From assembly GCA_963643405.1 (NCBI GenBank), contig CAVIKC010000001.1:63598-127597 (forward strand): a DNA stretch of 64,000 nucleotides, in the 5' to 3' direction. Each line of letters starts with the position of its first letter. Positions within the stretch are counted from its first letter, which is position 1. The notes below the pieces were generated by a model that had not been told where the DNA came from, did not search any database, and saw nothing but the letters and a program-made list of their open reading frames with translations. The position numbers and the translations under genes are program-made. Positions 1 through 9,369 of the stretch are shown one piece after another. The stretch comes from Succinivibrio sp. (GTDB lineage Bacteria; Actinomycetota; Coriobacteriia; Coriobacteriales; Eggerthellaceae).

Positions 1-40
1 CGCGACGAAGCGTCTGCCCTTCGAGCTCGGTATTTTGCAT
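1..40 (-). CDS. 5' end (first 13 codons, MQNTELEGQTLRR) of a gene that continues past the left window edge; product unknown
   Basis: ATG at 40..38 lies five nt downstream of the rpoZ stop on the same strand. The fragment is too short to identify. Confidence 0.3.
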   Translation of the reverse strand, partial: MQNTELEGQTLRR

Positions 41-45
41 AAGAA

Positions 46-306
46 TCAGTGGTTGTGGATGTCGATGGTATCAGGTGCGTAGGAGACATCGCCCTTTGCG
101 ATCTCATCAAAGGCGATGGAAAGAGGACGACGGTTGGCGGCACGGGCGATATCGACAGCGGTCTGAAGCTGGATTGCACGATTGCGCTGACCGCGCATCA
201 TCTCGTTGATATCGTGCGCACGCTTGGACGCCAAGGAGCACAGCAGGAATCGGTCATTGTCCGTTTTGTCCAACAGGACATCGATCTTAGGATCAATAAG
301 GCTCAT
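46..306 (-). CDS. rpoZ: DNA-directed RNA polymerase subunit omega
   Basis: 86-aa ORF with an omega-like core (NDRFLLCSLASKRAHDIN). Its start overlaps the gmk stop (ATGA). It sits in the conserved mihF-gmk-rpoZ order. Confidence 0.9.
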   Translation of the reverse strand: MSLIDPKIDVLLDKTDNDRFLLCSLASKRAHDINEMMRGQRNRAIQLQTAVDIARAANRRPLSIAFDEIAKGDVSYAPDTIDIHNH

Positions 307-887
307 CGTTGAATGGTTCCTCTCGTATCATCTGCAAACGAGGCAATATAAGCTACCAGCTCATCAGTTGCTCGGATCAAGTCATCGTTGACAACCCGAA
401 CATCATACTCCATTTTGCTCGCTAGCTCCACCTTTGCGGTTTCCATGCGCTTGCGTATAACCTCTTCTGTTTCGGTACCGCGACCACGAAGGCGTCGCTC
501 GAGCTCTTCGATGGACGGGGGCTCGATGAAGATCAAATGAGCCTGCGGCATGGCCTTGCGAACCTGCAGGGCTCCTTGAACATCGATCTCAAGAATAACT
601 TGGAACCCCGTTTCCATATGCTCCTGCACGCTCGACTTCAAGGTGCCATAGGAATTACCGTGAACGGTCGCCCACTCAAGGAATCCACCTTGGGAAACAA
701 GCTCATCGAAACGCGATTGGTCCATGAAGTAATAGCTGATGCCATCACTCTCGCCCGGGCGAGGCTGCCGGGTTGTGGCGGAAACCGAAACCCACGCATC
801 GGGTATGACGTCAAGCAACCTAGAAACCAAAGTGCCCTTTCCGGCCCCCGAGGGGCCGGAAAGGACGAATAGATTCCCTTTGCGCAT
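303..887 (-). CDS. gmk: guanylate kinase
   Basis: P-loop GPSGAGKGTL plus guanylate-kinase blocks (TTRQPRPGE, DGISYYF, EIDVQGA). I use the ATG at 887 (MRKGNLF) because the ORF-track start at 1019 would run through mihF. Confidence 0.93.
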   Translation of the reverse strand: MRKGNLFVLSGPSGAGKGTLVSRLLDVIPDAWVSVSATTRQPRPGESDGISYYFMDQSRFDELVSQGGFLEWATVHGNSYGTLKSSVQEHMETGFQVILEIDVQGALQVRKAMPQAHLIFIEPPSIEELERRLRGRGTETEEVIRKRMETAKVELASKMEYDVRVVNDDLIRATDELVAYIASFADDTRGTIQR

Positions 888-888
888 A

Positions 889-1197
889 CTAACCAAGACG
901 CTCGAGAAGCGCAGTGCGCTGGCGCTCGCCCAATCCCTTAAGACGGCGGGACTCCGCAATGCCGATCTCGGCCATGATCTTGCTGGCCTTGGCCTCGCCG
1001 TAACCCGGGAGGGTCTCAATGAGGGTGAAAGCCTTCATGCGGCCGATGACCGGGTCGTCTCTCATATCGAGGACGTCTTTGAGCGAAAGTGCGCCGCTCT
1101 TCAGGTCTTCGCGAACCTTTGCCCTCTTCGTACGCGCAGCCTTAGCCTTCTCCAATGCCTGCTGGCGCTCTTCGGGCGTCAACTCTGGTACTGCCAT
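889..1197 (-). CDS. mihF: integration host factor, actinobacterial type (mIHF)
   Basis: 102-aa basic protein (TPEERQQALEKAKAARTKRAKV ... LPGYGEAKASKIM). It occupies the typical position immediately upstream of gmk. Confidence 0.85.
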   Translation of the reverse strand: MAVPELTPEERQQALEKAKAARTKRAKVREDLKSGALSLKDVLDMRDDPVIGRMKAFTLIETLPGYGEAKASKIMAEIGIAESRRLKGLGERQRTALLERLG

Positions 1198-1501
1198 TTT
1201 CGCTCCCTTTCTACCCGCTGAAGCCCCTGCCGTATCGAGTCAGGGCTCAGCATTGTGCAGAACTGAAATCACACAATCCTGCAATTTTGACCAGTTCAGG
1301 TTAAAATTCTCTATATCGCCCTGAACAGCCCTAATAGTAATTAAATTCGACTAGAAACGGACAGATTCTTCTCAAATCAGCTAAATTTTCAAAGACCCTT
1401 TGAAAATTTCGTCTATTTTCCATCAATATCACCGATATGTAGAACAAATATGCAGATTTTTTGACCTGACCCCCCAATCCAACGCACAAACCTGAAAAGG
1501 A

Positions 1502-2674
1502 TCACCGAACCGGCTTAAGCAGCTTTTCGAATAGCCCAACAACCTCACTATGCGAAGCATCGCGGGGATTACCGGGGAAGCAGGCATCGTTCATGGCATC
1601 GGTTGCCAGCTGGTCCAGGTCTTCCGCCGCCAAATCCTCGCAAATAGCGGGAATCCCAACATCTTCAGCGAGCTTACGCACCTCCGCAATCGCTGCATCC
1701 GCTGCGCATGCAGCGCTCATTCCCGCAGTGTTGACTCCCATAGCGCAAGCAACATCGGCCAACCGCTCTTCAACAACGGGCTTGTTGAATTCCATCGCAA
1801 TGGGAAGAAGCATTGCGCAGGCAACGCCATGCGGCGTGTCATAATGCGCCGAAAGCGTATGGGCCATTGCGTGATCGATCCCTAGACCTACATTGGAAAA
1901 TCCCATTCCCGCAATGTACTGACCGAGGGCCATTTTCTCTCGTCCTATTCCAGGAGCACCGCTCTTGGCCTCTTCAACCGAGCAGCGAAGATACGAAGAG
2001 ATCATCTCGATAGCTTTCAAGTGGAACATGTCGGAAAGCTCCCAAGCCGCCTTGGTGGTATAGCCCTCGATAGCATGCGTTAGGGCATCCATCCCCGTAG
2101 CAGCAGTAAGACCCGCCGGCATAGAGGCCATCATGTCGGGATCGACCACAGCGACATCGGGGATATCGTTGACGTCTACGCAAACGAACTTGCGCACTGC
2201 ATCAGGATCGGTGATCACATAATTGATGGTCACCTCCGCTGCAGTGCCGGCCGTCGTAGGCACCGCAATGGTGAACGTCGCATGATTTCGGGTATCAGCC
2301 ACGCCTTCCAGCGAAACCACATCCGAAAACTCGGGATTTTCGGCAATGATGCCGATCCCCTTCGCGGTGTCCATCGACGACCCGCCGCCGATAGCAACTA
2401 TCGCATCTGCTCCCGACTCCTTGAAGGCGGCTACGCCGTCCTTGACATTCTGAATGGTTGGGTTTGCCTTGATCTTGTCGAACAGTACCCATGGAATGCC
2501 CGCAGCATCGAGCTCACCGGTAACCTTGGCCACAACCCCAAAACCGACAAGATCCGGGTCGGAGCATACGAATACTTTCCCCAAGCCCCTACGCTGAATC
2601 TCGCCAGGTATCTCTTTGATAGCCCCGGAACCGTGATAAGAAACGTTGTTCAGTACAAATCGATTAGTGCACAT
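1502..2674 (-). CDS. iron-containing alcohol dehydrogenase (lactaldehyde/propanediol oxidoreductase-like)
   Basis: Fe-ADH signatures GGGSSMDTAKG and HAMAHTLSAHYDTPHG; 390 aa. Confidence 0.9.
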   Translation of the reverse strand: MCTNRFVLNNVSYHGSGAIKEIPGEIQRRGLGKVFVCSDPDLVGFGVVAKVTGELDAAGIPWVLFDKIKANPTIQNVKDGVAAFKESGADAIVAIGGGSSMDTAKGIGIIAENPEFSDVVSLEGVADTRNHATFTIAVPTTAGTAAEVTINYVITDPDAVRKFVCVDVNDIPDVAVVDPDMMASMPAGLTAATGMDALTHAIEGYTTKAAWELSDMFHLKAIEMISSYLRCSVEEAKSGAPGIGREKMALGQYIAGMGFSNVGLGIDHAMAHTLSAHYDTPHGVACAMLLPIAMEFNKPVVEERLADVACAMGVNTAGMSAACAADAAIAEVRKLAEDVGIPAICEDLAAEDLDQLATDAMNDACFPGNPRDASHSEVVGLFEKLLKPVR

Positions 2675-2756
2675 AGCTAACCCCTCCTAAAAAATATGAT
2701 CCGCACAGAGCGAAACCCCCATGCAATTCAGTTTAACGCGAAAGAGCCGTAATTAC

Positions 2757-2772
2757 GAACGCGTTCATTCTT
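2757..2772. promoter_or_regulatory. candidate operator: GAACGCGTTCATTCTT (10-bp perfect palindrome GAACGCGTTC) in the divergent Fe-ADH / fbp promoter region
   Basis: The identical 16-mer recurs at 34140..34155 in another promoter region. The palindromic core fits a dimeric regulator. Confidence 0.4.
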
Positions 2773-2885
2773 ACTTCGAGCGCCCTGCCAGCCATTTGGA
2801 CCCCGCTTACCCAAATAGACAGAGCAACGACAGTATCCGCTAAAATAAGCGGCAAAAGACAGTCCGTCCCAGCCAGGAGGTTGGA

Positions 2886-4790
2886 GTGATGTTCGATACC
2901 TGTTGCACCTATGAACCCACTAGGAGCATGCGCGACGAAAAAGAGGATGCGATTGCGCAGATGGCGTTAGGCGAAACAATGCTGAGCTTGCCCAGACCGC
3001 GAGAAATATACCTTTCCGATGTGCACGGCGAATACGGCACGTTCCTGCACGTTGTCCGAAGCGGCTGCGATTCGGTTCAAACGTTGGTCCATAAGGCCTA
3101 TGCCGACTCTCATTGCCCCATCGCAGAAGCAGACCTTTCCACCCTTATCTGCTACCCGGAGGAAAAACTTGCCCTCTTGGCAGAGAGGGCGCCTGAGGAA
3201 TCCGCCTTCTACCAATCGGTGCTCATCGGCGTTGCCTCGGTGCTCGAAGAGGCAACCCGTTCCTGCTCGCACATACACGTGCTGCATGCTATACCTGCGG
3301 AGTACCGCACAGTCGCCGTGCAGCTTTTGGGGTTGAACCAGGAACAACTGGGCAAATCCTCGGCGGCAATAGCGGCAAAGCCCTGCGTAACCGGCGTCAT
3401 ACGAGCCCTTTGCGCAGGCGTGAGAGCCGCAGCCGCCAGTGCCATCCATTTGGTCGGCGATGTATACGATAGGGGTCCTTACCCCGACAAGATCATGGAA
3501 GAGATCTCTTCCAATCCCGCGATCGACATACAGTGGGGCAACCATGATGTGGTTTGGATGGGCGCAGCTCTTGGCCAACGAGGATGTATCGCACATGTTG
3601 TGCGCAACTGCGCACGTTACGGCAACCTGTCCATCCTCACCGATGCCTACGGAATCGATCTTCTTCCCTTGGCAAGGTTCGCGCTTAGCGCCTACAGGGA
3701 CGATCCTTGCGTTGCGTTTGGTCTCAAGGGCAATCCCGATCTGCCCGAAAAGGAGCTGGATCTGAACGTGAAGATCCAAAAAGCCATGGCGATCCTGCAA
3801 TTCAAGGCTGAGGCAAGGCTCATAGACGAGAACCCGGCGTTTGGCCTGGAAGACCGTAAGCTTCTTCATCGTATAGATTGGCAGAAGGGCAGCATCGAGG
3901 TTGACGGCGTTGAATACACCCTTACCGATACCGTGTTCCCCACGGTGAACCCCGACGACCCCTACACGCTGACCCCCGAAGAGGAACAGGTGATGCGCAG
4001 CCTGGAGCACTCGTTCCAAAACAGCGAGAAGCTGCAGCGACACATGCGGCTGTTCCTCCAACACGGCAGTCTGTACAAAATACAGAACAACGCCCTCATG
4101 TTCCATGCCTGTGTGCCGCTGAATGCCGACGGCTCACTAAAAGAGGCCAACGTGTACGGGCGCAAGCTCAAGGGCAAAGAACTGTTCGACGCAGTTGATT
4201 CCTATGTTCGCACAGCATTCAGTGCCACCAACCAGACTGAGAAGAAAAGGGGCTGCGACCTGCTGTGGTACCTGTGGCTAGGCGACGCATCGCCGCTGTT
4301 CGCCAAAAGCAAGATGGCCACATTCGAGCTGTACCTTATCGCAGAGAAGGAAGCGCGCAAAGAGGTTAAGAACGCCTTCTACACGCTCTACGAGAACGAG
4401 GATACGGTTAATGCCATCTTCAAGGACTTCGGCATGGATCCAGAGCACGCTTACATAGTTTGCGGGCATGTTCCCGTCAAGGTGAAGGACGGCGAAAGCC
4501 CCATAAAGTGCAACGGCAAGGTGATCGTGGTGGACGGAGGGATGTCTTCTGCCTATCGGAAAACAACAGGGATCGGCGGACTGGTTCTGCTGTCAGATTC
4601 CCAAGGCGTAAGGCTGGCTACGCTACAGCCATATGCCGGCACAGACGCCGCAATTAGGGAGAATGCGGGCCTTGAAACCGCCATCACCGTGATCCAAGAC
4701 CACCCATCCATGCCCACGGTAGCGGAAACCGATCAGGGGGCATCGATTCTCTCGCGTCTCAGCTCCCTCGAGTCGGCAACGGCAAGGTGA
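2886..4790 (+). CDS. fbp: fructose-1,6-bisphosphatase class 3
   Basis: 634 aa with metallophosphoesterase-type motifs LSDVHGEYG, GDVYDRGP and WGNHD typical of Firmicutes-type FBPase III. AGGAGG at 2875-2880 precedes GTG 2886 / ATG 2889. Confidence 0.93.
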   Translation: MMFDTCCTYEPTRSMRDEKEDAIAQMALGETMLSLPRPREIYLSDVHGEYGTFLHVVRSGCDSVQTLVHKAYADSHCPIAEADLSTLICYPEEKLALLAERAPEESAFYQSVLIGVASVLEEATRSCSHIHVLHAIPAEYRTVAVQLLGLNQEQLGKSSAAIAAKPCVTGVIRALCAGVRAAAASAIHLVGDVYDRGPYPDKIMEEISSNPAIDIQWGNHDVVWMGAALGQRGCIAHVVRNCARYGNLSILTDAYGIDLLPLARFALSAYRDDPCVAFGLKGNPDLPEKELDLNVKIQKAMAILQFKAEARLIDENPAFGLEDRKLLHRIDWQKGSIEVDGVEYTLTDTVFPTVNPDDPYTLTPEEEQVMRSLEHSFQNSEKLQRHMRLFLQHGSLYKIQNNALMFHACVPLNADGSLKEANVYGRKLKGKELFDAVDSYVRTAFSATNQTEKKRGCDLLWYLWLGDASPLFAKSKMATFELYLIAEKEARKEVKNAFYTLYENEDTVNAIFKDFGMDPEHAYIVCGHVPVKVKDGESPIKCNGKVIVVDGGMSSAYRKTTGIGGLVLLSDSQGVRLATLQPYAGTDAAIRENAGLETAITVIQDHPSMPTVAETDQGASILSRLSSLESATAR

Positions 4791-4874
4791 TCAAACCCCG
4801 AAAATCAGCCTCAGTGAATGAGAAGCAGTGCCTATAGGCTGAAAACGCACGCACGTAACCGCAAAACGGAACTT

Positions 4875-4915
4875 GACCCCAGGTCTCTATTCGCCGAGAC
4901 ATGGGGTCATCTTTT
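4875..4915 (+). terminator. rho-independent terminator after fbp
   Basis: 13-bp stem GACCCCAGGTCTC / GAGACATGGGGTC (one mismatch) followed by ATCTTTT. Confidence 0.6.
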
Positions 4916-4995
4916 ACCAACCTGTTACTAAAGATCAGGCGTTTCGTTTAAAATGCACGTTTGGCTGCAAGCAAGGAAACTGATGCTGAGGCCGA

Positions 4996-6348
4996 ATGCC
5001 ATACACACCGAATGGAGGACTAATGTCCCAACTATCCGACCTTGGGAAAGAAGCCAAGGACGACTTAGAGCAAGCTGCAGCGGAGATAAACGAGAGCAAC
5101 GCCCGCCTTCCCTGGTATAAAAAGCTCTCCCTTACCACTTGGATCTTCATAGCCCTTATCTTAGGCGTCCTTGCAGGCCTGGCGCTGCAGTCCAACCCCG
5201 ATATCGCCACCACGTATATCAAGCCGTTCGGCACCGTGTTCCTTAACCTGATCAAGATGATCGTGGTTCCGCTCGTCATCTTTACCATGGTTGCGGGCGT
5301 CATCTCGCTTTCCGATATCAAGCGCGTGGGAGCAATCGGCGGCAAAACCATCGTGTACTACCTTGTTACAACCGCGTTTGCAATCACTATCGGCTTGGTG
5401 ATTGCAAACGTATTCGCCGTAGGCGCCGATGCAAACCTCAGCACGCAAGGGCTTGAGTATCAAGCTAAGGAACAGCCCTCGTTCATCGACACGCTCGTGA
5501 ACATCTTCCCCTCCAACTTCATCCAACCCATGTCCGACGCGAACATGCTGCAGGTTATCGTTATCGCCCTCTTCTTCGGCTTCGGCATCCTGGCTGCCGG
5601 CAAGAAAGCCAAGCCCGTTGCCGATTTTGTCAACGGCATGAGCGAGGTTTGCATCAAGATCATGCAAGCAATCATCAGCTTCGCCCCCTTCGGCGTCTTC
5701 GGCCTCATCACCCCGGTCATCGCATCTAACGGCCCAGAAGTCCTGCTCCCCTTGCTGAAGCTGATCCTTGTCGCGTACCTAGCCATGATCCTTCATATGG
5801 TTGTGGTGTATTCCGGCTTGGTAAGGCTGTTGGCCAAGATGAGCCCGATCAAATTCTTCAAGAACCAAATGCCCGCCATGGCCTTCGCTTTCGCTTCCGC
5901 CTCTTCGGTCGGCACCCTCCCCGTGAATATGCAGTGTTCCAAGAAGCTGGGCGTGTCAAATGAGGTCTCGAGTTTCGTCCTCCCGCTTGGTGCCACCATC
6001 AACATGGATGGAACCGCGATCTACCAGGGCGTTTGCGCTATCTTCATCGCCCAGGTCTTCGGCATCGACCTTACCATCGGCCAAGAGATCACCATCATCC
6101 TTACCGCAGTGCTCGCGTCCATCGGAACCGCTGGCGTTCCAAGCTCAGGCATGATCATGCTGGCAATGGTGCTTCAGTCGGTGGGCCTGCCGGTTGAGGG
6201 CATCGCGCTAGTTGCCGGCGTGGACCGTATCCTCGATATGATGCGCACCACCGTGAACATCACCGGCGACCAGTCCGCCGCAGTTGTCGTGAACTACCTC
6301 GAGCAGCGCAAGGCAAGGAAAGCGCAGAAGAAGGCAGCAGCGGCTTAA
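4996..6348 (+). CDS. dicarboxylate/amino acid:cation symporter (DAACS family)
   Basis: Multi-pass membrane protein with DAACS blocks ASSVGTLPVN and NMDGTAIYQG. An alternative start ATG at 5023 follows GGAGG. Confidence 0.9.
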   Translation: MPYTPNGGLMSQLSDLGKEAKDDLEQAAAEINESNARLPWYKKLSLTTWIFIALILGVLAGLALQSNPDIATTYIKPFGTVFLNLIKMIVVPLVIFTMVAGVISLSDIKRVGAIGGKTIVYYLVTTAFAITIGLVIANVFAVGADANLSTQGLEYQAKEQPSFIDTLVNIFPSNFIQPMSDANMLQVIVIALFFGFGILAAGKKAKPVADFVNGMSEVCIKIMQAIISFAPFGVFGLITPVIASNGPEVLLPLLKLILVAYLAMILHMVVVYSGLVRLLAKMSPIKFFKNQMPAMAFAFASASSVGTLPVNMQCSKKLGVSNEVSSFVLPLGATINMDGTAIYQGVCAIFIAQVFGIDLTIGQEITIILTAVLASIGTAGVPSSGMIMLAMVLQSVGLPVEGIALVAGVDRILDMMRTTVNITGDQSAAVVVNYLEQRKARKAQKKAAAA

Positions 6349-6379
6349 CCACTGCGCAATGCAATCAAAGCGTCCAACC

Positions 6380-6414
6380 CGAACGGCCCCGAGCATTTCG
6401 CTTGGGGCCGTTCG
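6380..6414 (+). terminator. stem-loop after the DAACS gene (no clear U tract)
   Basis: 11-bp perfect stem CGAACGGCCCC / GGGGCCGTTCG, 32 nt after the stop codon. Confidence 0.45.
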
Positions 6415-6453
6415 CTTGCCCTACAATAACCAAAAGCGATGTTAGGAGCGCAG

Positions 6454-6948
6454 ATGGAACGTATCGCAAGTTTTTCCGTAGATCACAATGCACTTGAACC
6501 TGGAGTGTATGTTTCCCGTAGCGACGCCGATGGGGAAACCGGTTGCGTCACCACCACGTTCGACCTACGAATGACCGCGCCCAATCGAGAGCCGGTTATG
6601 GACACTGCCGCCGTCCATGCCCTCGAACATCTGGGTGCCACCTTCTTGCGCAATGACGCAGAATGGAAAGACCGGGTTATATACTTCGGCCCCATGGGTT
6701 GCAGGACCGGCTTCTACCTTGTGGTGTTCGGCGCCTACGATCCAACGGACATCGCCGGACTGGTAACCAGGCTCTTCGAGTTTGCGGCAACGTTCGAGGG
6801 CGAGATCCCCGGAGCCAAGCCTGAAGAATGCGGCAACTACCATGATTCAGATCTAAACCAGGCAAAATGGTGGGCATCTCGCTACGTGCGGAAGACCCTT
6901 TCCTGCCTAGACAATGCGCATACCCACTACCCCGCCATTCTTGCATAG
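6454..6948 (+). CDS. luxS: S-ribosylhomocysteine lyase
   Basis: MERIASFSVDHNAL N-terminus and metal-site motifs HALEHL and GPMGCRTGFY. AGGAG lies 5 nt before ATG 6454; the ORF-track start at 6439 is less likely. Confidence 0.92.
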   Translation: MERIASFSVDHNALEPGVYVSRSDADGETGCVTTTFDLRMTAPNREPVMDTAAVHALEHLGATFLRNDAEWKDRVIYFGPMGCRTGFYLVVFGAYDPTDIAGLVTRLFEFAATFEGEIPGAKPEECGNYHDSDLNQAKWWASRYVRKTLSCLDNAHTHYPAILA

Positions 6949-7022
6949 TTGCAAGATAATTGCGCAAGCAAATAGACATCGGCGGAGACAAGCCCTAAGC
7001 ACACCGTACGAAAGGTTTTCGT

Positions 7023-7742
7023 ATGCCTAATTCGAGCAACAATTCCGTTGGCATCATCGGCGCCATGCAAGTAGAGGTACAGCATCTGAGCCAAACCATG
7101 AACGAAGAAGGAGAAGTCGAGGTTTTCCATACTGCCGGCATGACCTTCGAGTCGGGGACGCTGAATGGGAAACCTGTTGTCGTGGTGCGCAGCGGAATAG
7201 GCATGGTGAACGCCGCCCTATGCGCGCAAGTGCTCATCGAGCATTTCGGAGTAAGCTGCATCGTGAACACCGGCGTGGCCGGATCGCTTGACGCAAAGAT
7301 CGGCATAGGGGATATCGTGGTAGCCACCGATGCCGTGAACCACGTCATGGACGTTCAGAACCTCGGCTACAAGCCGGGGCAGAACCCCGACTTCGATCTA
7401 GTAGCCTTCCCTGCCTCACCAGCGTTGACATCGGCCGCATTGAAGGCCGCAAAAACCCTTAACCTGACTGCGCATGAAGGCCGTATAGCATCGGGCGACC
7501 GCTTCGTAAGGGAAAGCGACGACAAGGAGCGCATCGTCAACCTGTTCAACGCAAGCTGCTGCGAGATGGAAGGCGCCGCCATCGCCCAAGCATGTTATCT
7601 GGGCAACGTGCCCTACCTCATAGTTCGCGCCATTTCCGATAAAGCCGATGGAAGCGCATCAGTCGACTACCCCACCTTCGAGGCGAAGGCGGCAAAGGAT
7701 TGCGCAAGCCTTACCATGCAGCTCCTCACCGCCCTCGAGTAA
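7023..7742 (+). CDS. mtnN: 5'-methylthioadenosine/S-adenosylhomocysteine nucleosidase
   Basis: IGIIGAMQVEV, NTGVAGSL and CEMEGAAIAQ blocks. It is adjacent to luxS (activated methyl cycle). Confidence 0.92.
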   Translation: MPNSSNNSVGIIGAMQVEVQHLSQTMNEEGEVEVFHTAGMTFESGTLNGKPVVVVRSGIGMVNAALCAQVLIEHFGVSCIVNTGVAGSLDAKIGIGDIVVATDAVNHVMDVQNLGYKPGQNPDFDLVAFPASPALTSAALKAAKTLNLTAHEGRIASGDRFVRESDDKERIVNLFNASCCEMEGAAIAQACYLGNVPYLIVRAISDKADGSASVDYPTFEAKAAKDCASLTMQLLTALE

Positions 7743-7834
7743 CGTCGCTCGAGTCGACGTCCCTCGCCTCAAACTGGTTGGCTGATATGGAAACGCTTCA
7801 ATATCAGCCAACCAAAACAAGACGCGCCCATAAA

Positions 7835-7880
7835 GCAACCGGCCCCGATCGATCACGAACAGGGCCGGTTGCTTTATCTA
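7835..7880. terminator. bidirectional terminator between convergent mtnN and the UPF0371 gene
   Basis: 11-bp stem GCAACCGGCCC / GGGCCGGTTGC flanked by an A-rich tract on one side and TTTATCT on the other. A second 13-bp hairpin lies at 7776-7813. Confidence 0.55.
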
Positions 7881-7887
7881 TCAAAGA

Positions 7888-9369
7888 TCATTTGTGGTAG
7901 AAGCGTCGCTGCTCGAACTTCGGTTCGCAGCTCACATTCAAACCAAGGGTACGGTACAGGCGCTCATCGACCGTGGAGACGATGATGCTGAAATGAGCAT
8001 CGCAACCCTTCAGCTTGCCGAGCTGCTTCATGAGTAGCGCAGCCGTTTCGTCGTTTCTCGAGCTCACCGCGAGCGCCATCAGCGTCTCGTCGGAATGAAG
8101 GCGCGGATTCGTGCTGTTCAGATGCTCGGTCTTCAGATTACACAGCGGCTCGATAACCTCGTCGCTGATCACCAGGGCGTCATCCCCCACTTCTGCGAGC
8201 GCCTTAAGGGCGTTCATCAGAAGCGACGAGGCGCAACCCATAAGGTGACCGGTCTTGCCGGTGACCAATGTGCCATCGGGGAGCTCGATGGCACCGGCAG
8301 GGCCGCCCGTTAGCCGCTCCTTCTTAAGCGCCTCTGCGCGGGCAGGCAACACATCGGGTGTGATACCGACGCGGCTCATAAGCAGCTCGATCTTATGCAG
8401 CTCGTTTTCCCCAGCGCCGAATCGCTTCAGCTTGACGCCTGCCTGGAAATACCGGCGCGCGATTTCCTTGCAGGAAGCTTCACGGCATGCGTCATCGTCC
8501 ACGATGGCGAACCCAGCCATATTCACACCCATATCCGTGGGAGAGTTGTAGGGGCTTTCGCCCTGAATGCGCTCGAGCATCGCCTTCAGCACCGGGAAGA
8601 TCTCAACATCACGGTTGTAGTTCACCGTTGTTTCGCCGTAGGCCTCCATGTGGAAGGGGTCGATGATATTGTCATCGTCGAGGTCGGCTGTAGCTGCCTC
8701 GTAGGCAACGTTCACCGGATGCAGAAGAGGGAGGTTCCAGATAGGGAACGTCTCGTACTTGGCATATCCGGCGGTTACCCCATGCTTGTGCTCTTGGTAG
8801 AGCTGCGATAGGCAAGTAGCCATCTTCCCAGAACCAGGGCCGGGTGCGGTAACCACAACCAGCGGGCGCGAGGTTTCAAGGTAATCGTTCTTCCCGTAGC
8901 CATCGTCGCTCACAATGATGTCGATGTCGTGGGGGTAACCAGCGATTGGATAGTGAAGGTAACTGGTGACACCGAGCGAATCGAGGCGATGTCGGAAGGC
9001 CTCGGCCTTGGGCTGGCCGGCAAAGTGGGTGATAACGACACTGCCCACGAACAGCCCCATGCCCGTAAAGATGTCCATAAGCCGCAAGACGTCCTCATCG
9101 TAGGTGATGCCCAAATCGCCCCGCACCTTGCTTTGCTCAATATGATTAGCGTTGATGGCGATAACCACTTCCACATCATCGGAAAGGCTCTTAAGCATGC
9201 GGATCTTACTGTCTGGCTGAAATCCAGGAAGAACGCGAGAAGCGTGGTAATCGTCGAACAGCTTGCCGCCGAACTCAAGGTACAACTTCCCACCGAATTG
9301 ACCGATACGCTCTTTGATGTGCTCAGCCTGAAGGGAAATGTATTTGTCGTTGTCAAAACCGATTCTCAT
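7888..9369 (-). CDS. UPF0371 / DUF1846 family protein (function unknown)
   Basis: Family-typical N-terminus MRIGFDNDKYISLQAEHIKERI starting at ATG 9369. The 30-codon extension in the ORF track is not needed. Confidence 0.88.
   Translation of the reverse strand: MRIGFDNDKYISLQAEHIKERIGQFGGKLYLEFGGKLFDDYHASRVLPGFQPDSKIRMLKSLSDDVEVVIAINANHIEQSKVRGDLGITYDEDVLRLMDIFTGMGLFVGSVVITHFAGQPKAEAFRHRLDSLGVTSYLHYPIAGYPHDIDIIVSDDGYGKNDYLETSRPLVVVTAPGPGSGKMATCLSQLYQEHKHGVTAGYAKYETFPIWNLPLLHPVNVAYEAATADLDDDNIIDPFHMEAYGETTVNYNRDVEIFPVLKAMLERIQGESPYNSPTDMGVNMAGFAIVDDDACREASCKEIARRYFQAGVKLKRFGAGENELHKIELLMSRVGITPDVLPARAEALKKERLTGGPAGAIELPDGTLVTGKTGHLMGCASSLLMNALKALAEVGDDALVISDEVIEPLCNLKTEHLNSTNPRLHSDETLMALAVSSRNDETAALLMKQLGKLKGCDAHFSIIVSTVDERLYRTLGLNVSCEPKFEQRRFYHK

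Noticed and set aside
303-1019. N-terminally extended ORF-track versions of gmk. The same issue affects the UPF0371 gene (to 9459), apt, the MBL hydrolase, the AGCS transporter, the alpha/beta hydrolase (from 17448), the ATP-grasp gene (to 33332), UPF0210 (to 42336), acpS (to 47237) and infC (to 54525).
   Set aside because: The extensions overlap neighbouring genes or terminator hairpins, lack an RBS, and precede internal starts that match the family N-termini. I used the internal starts.
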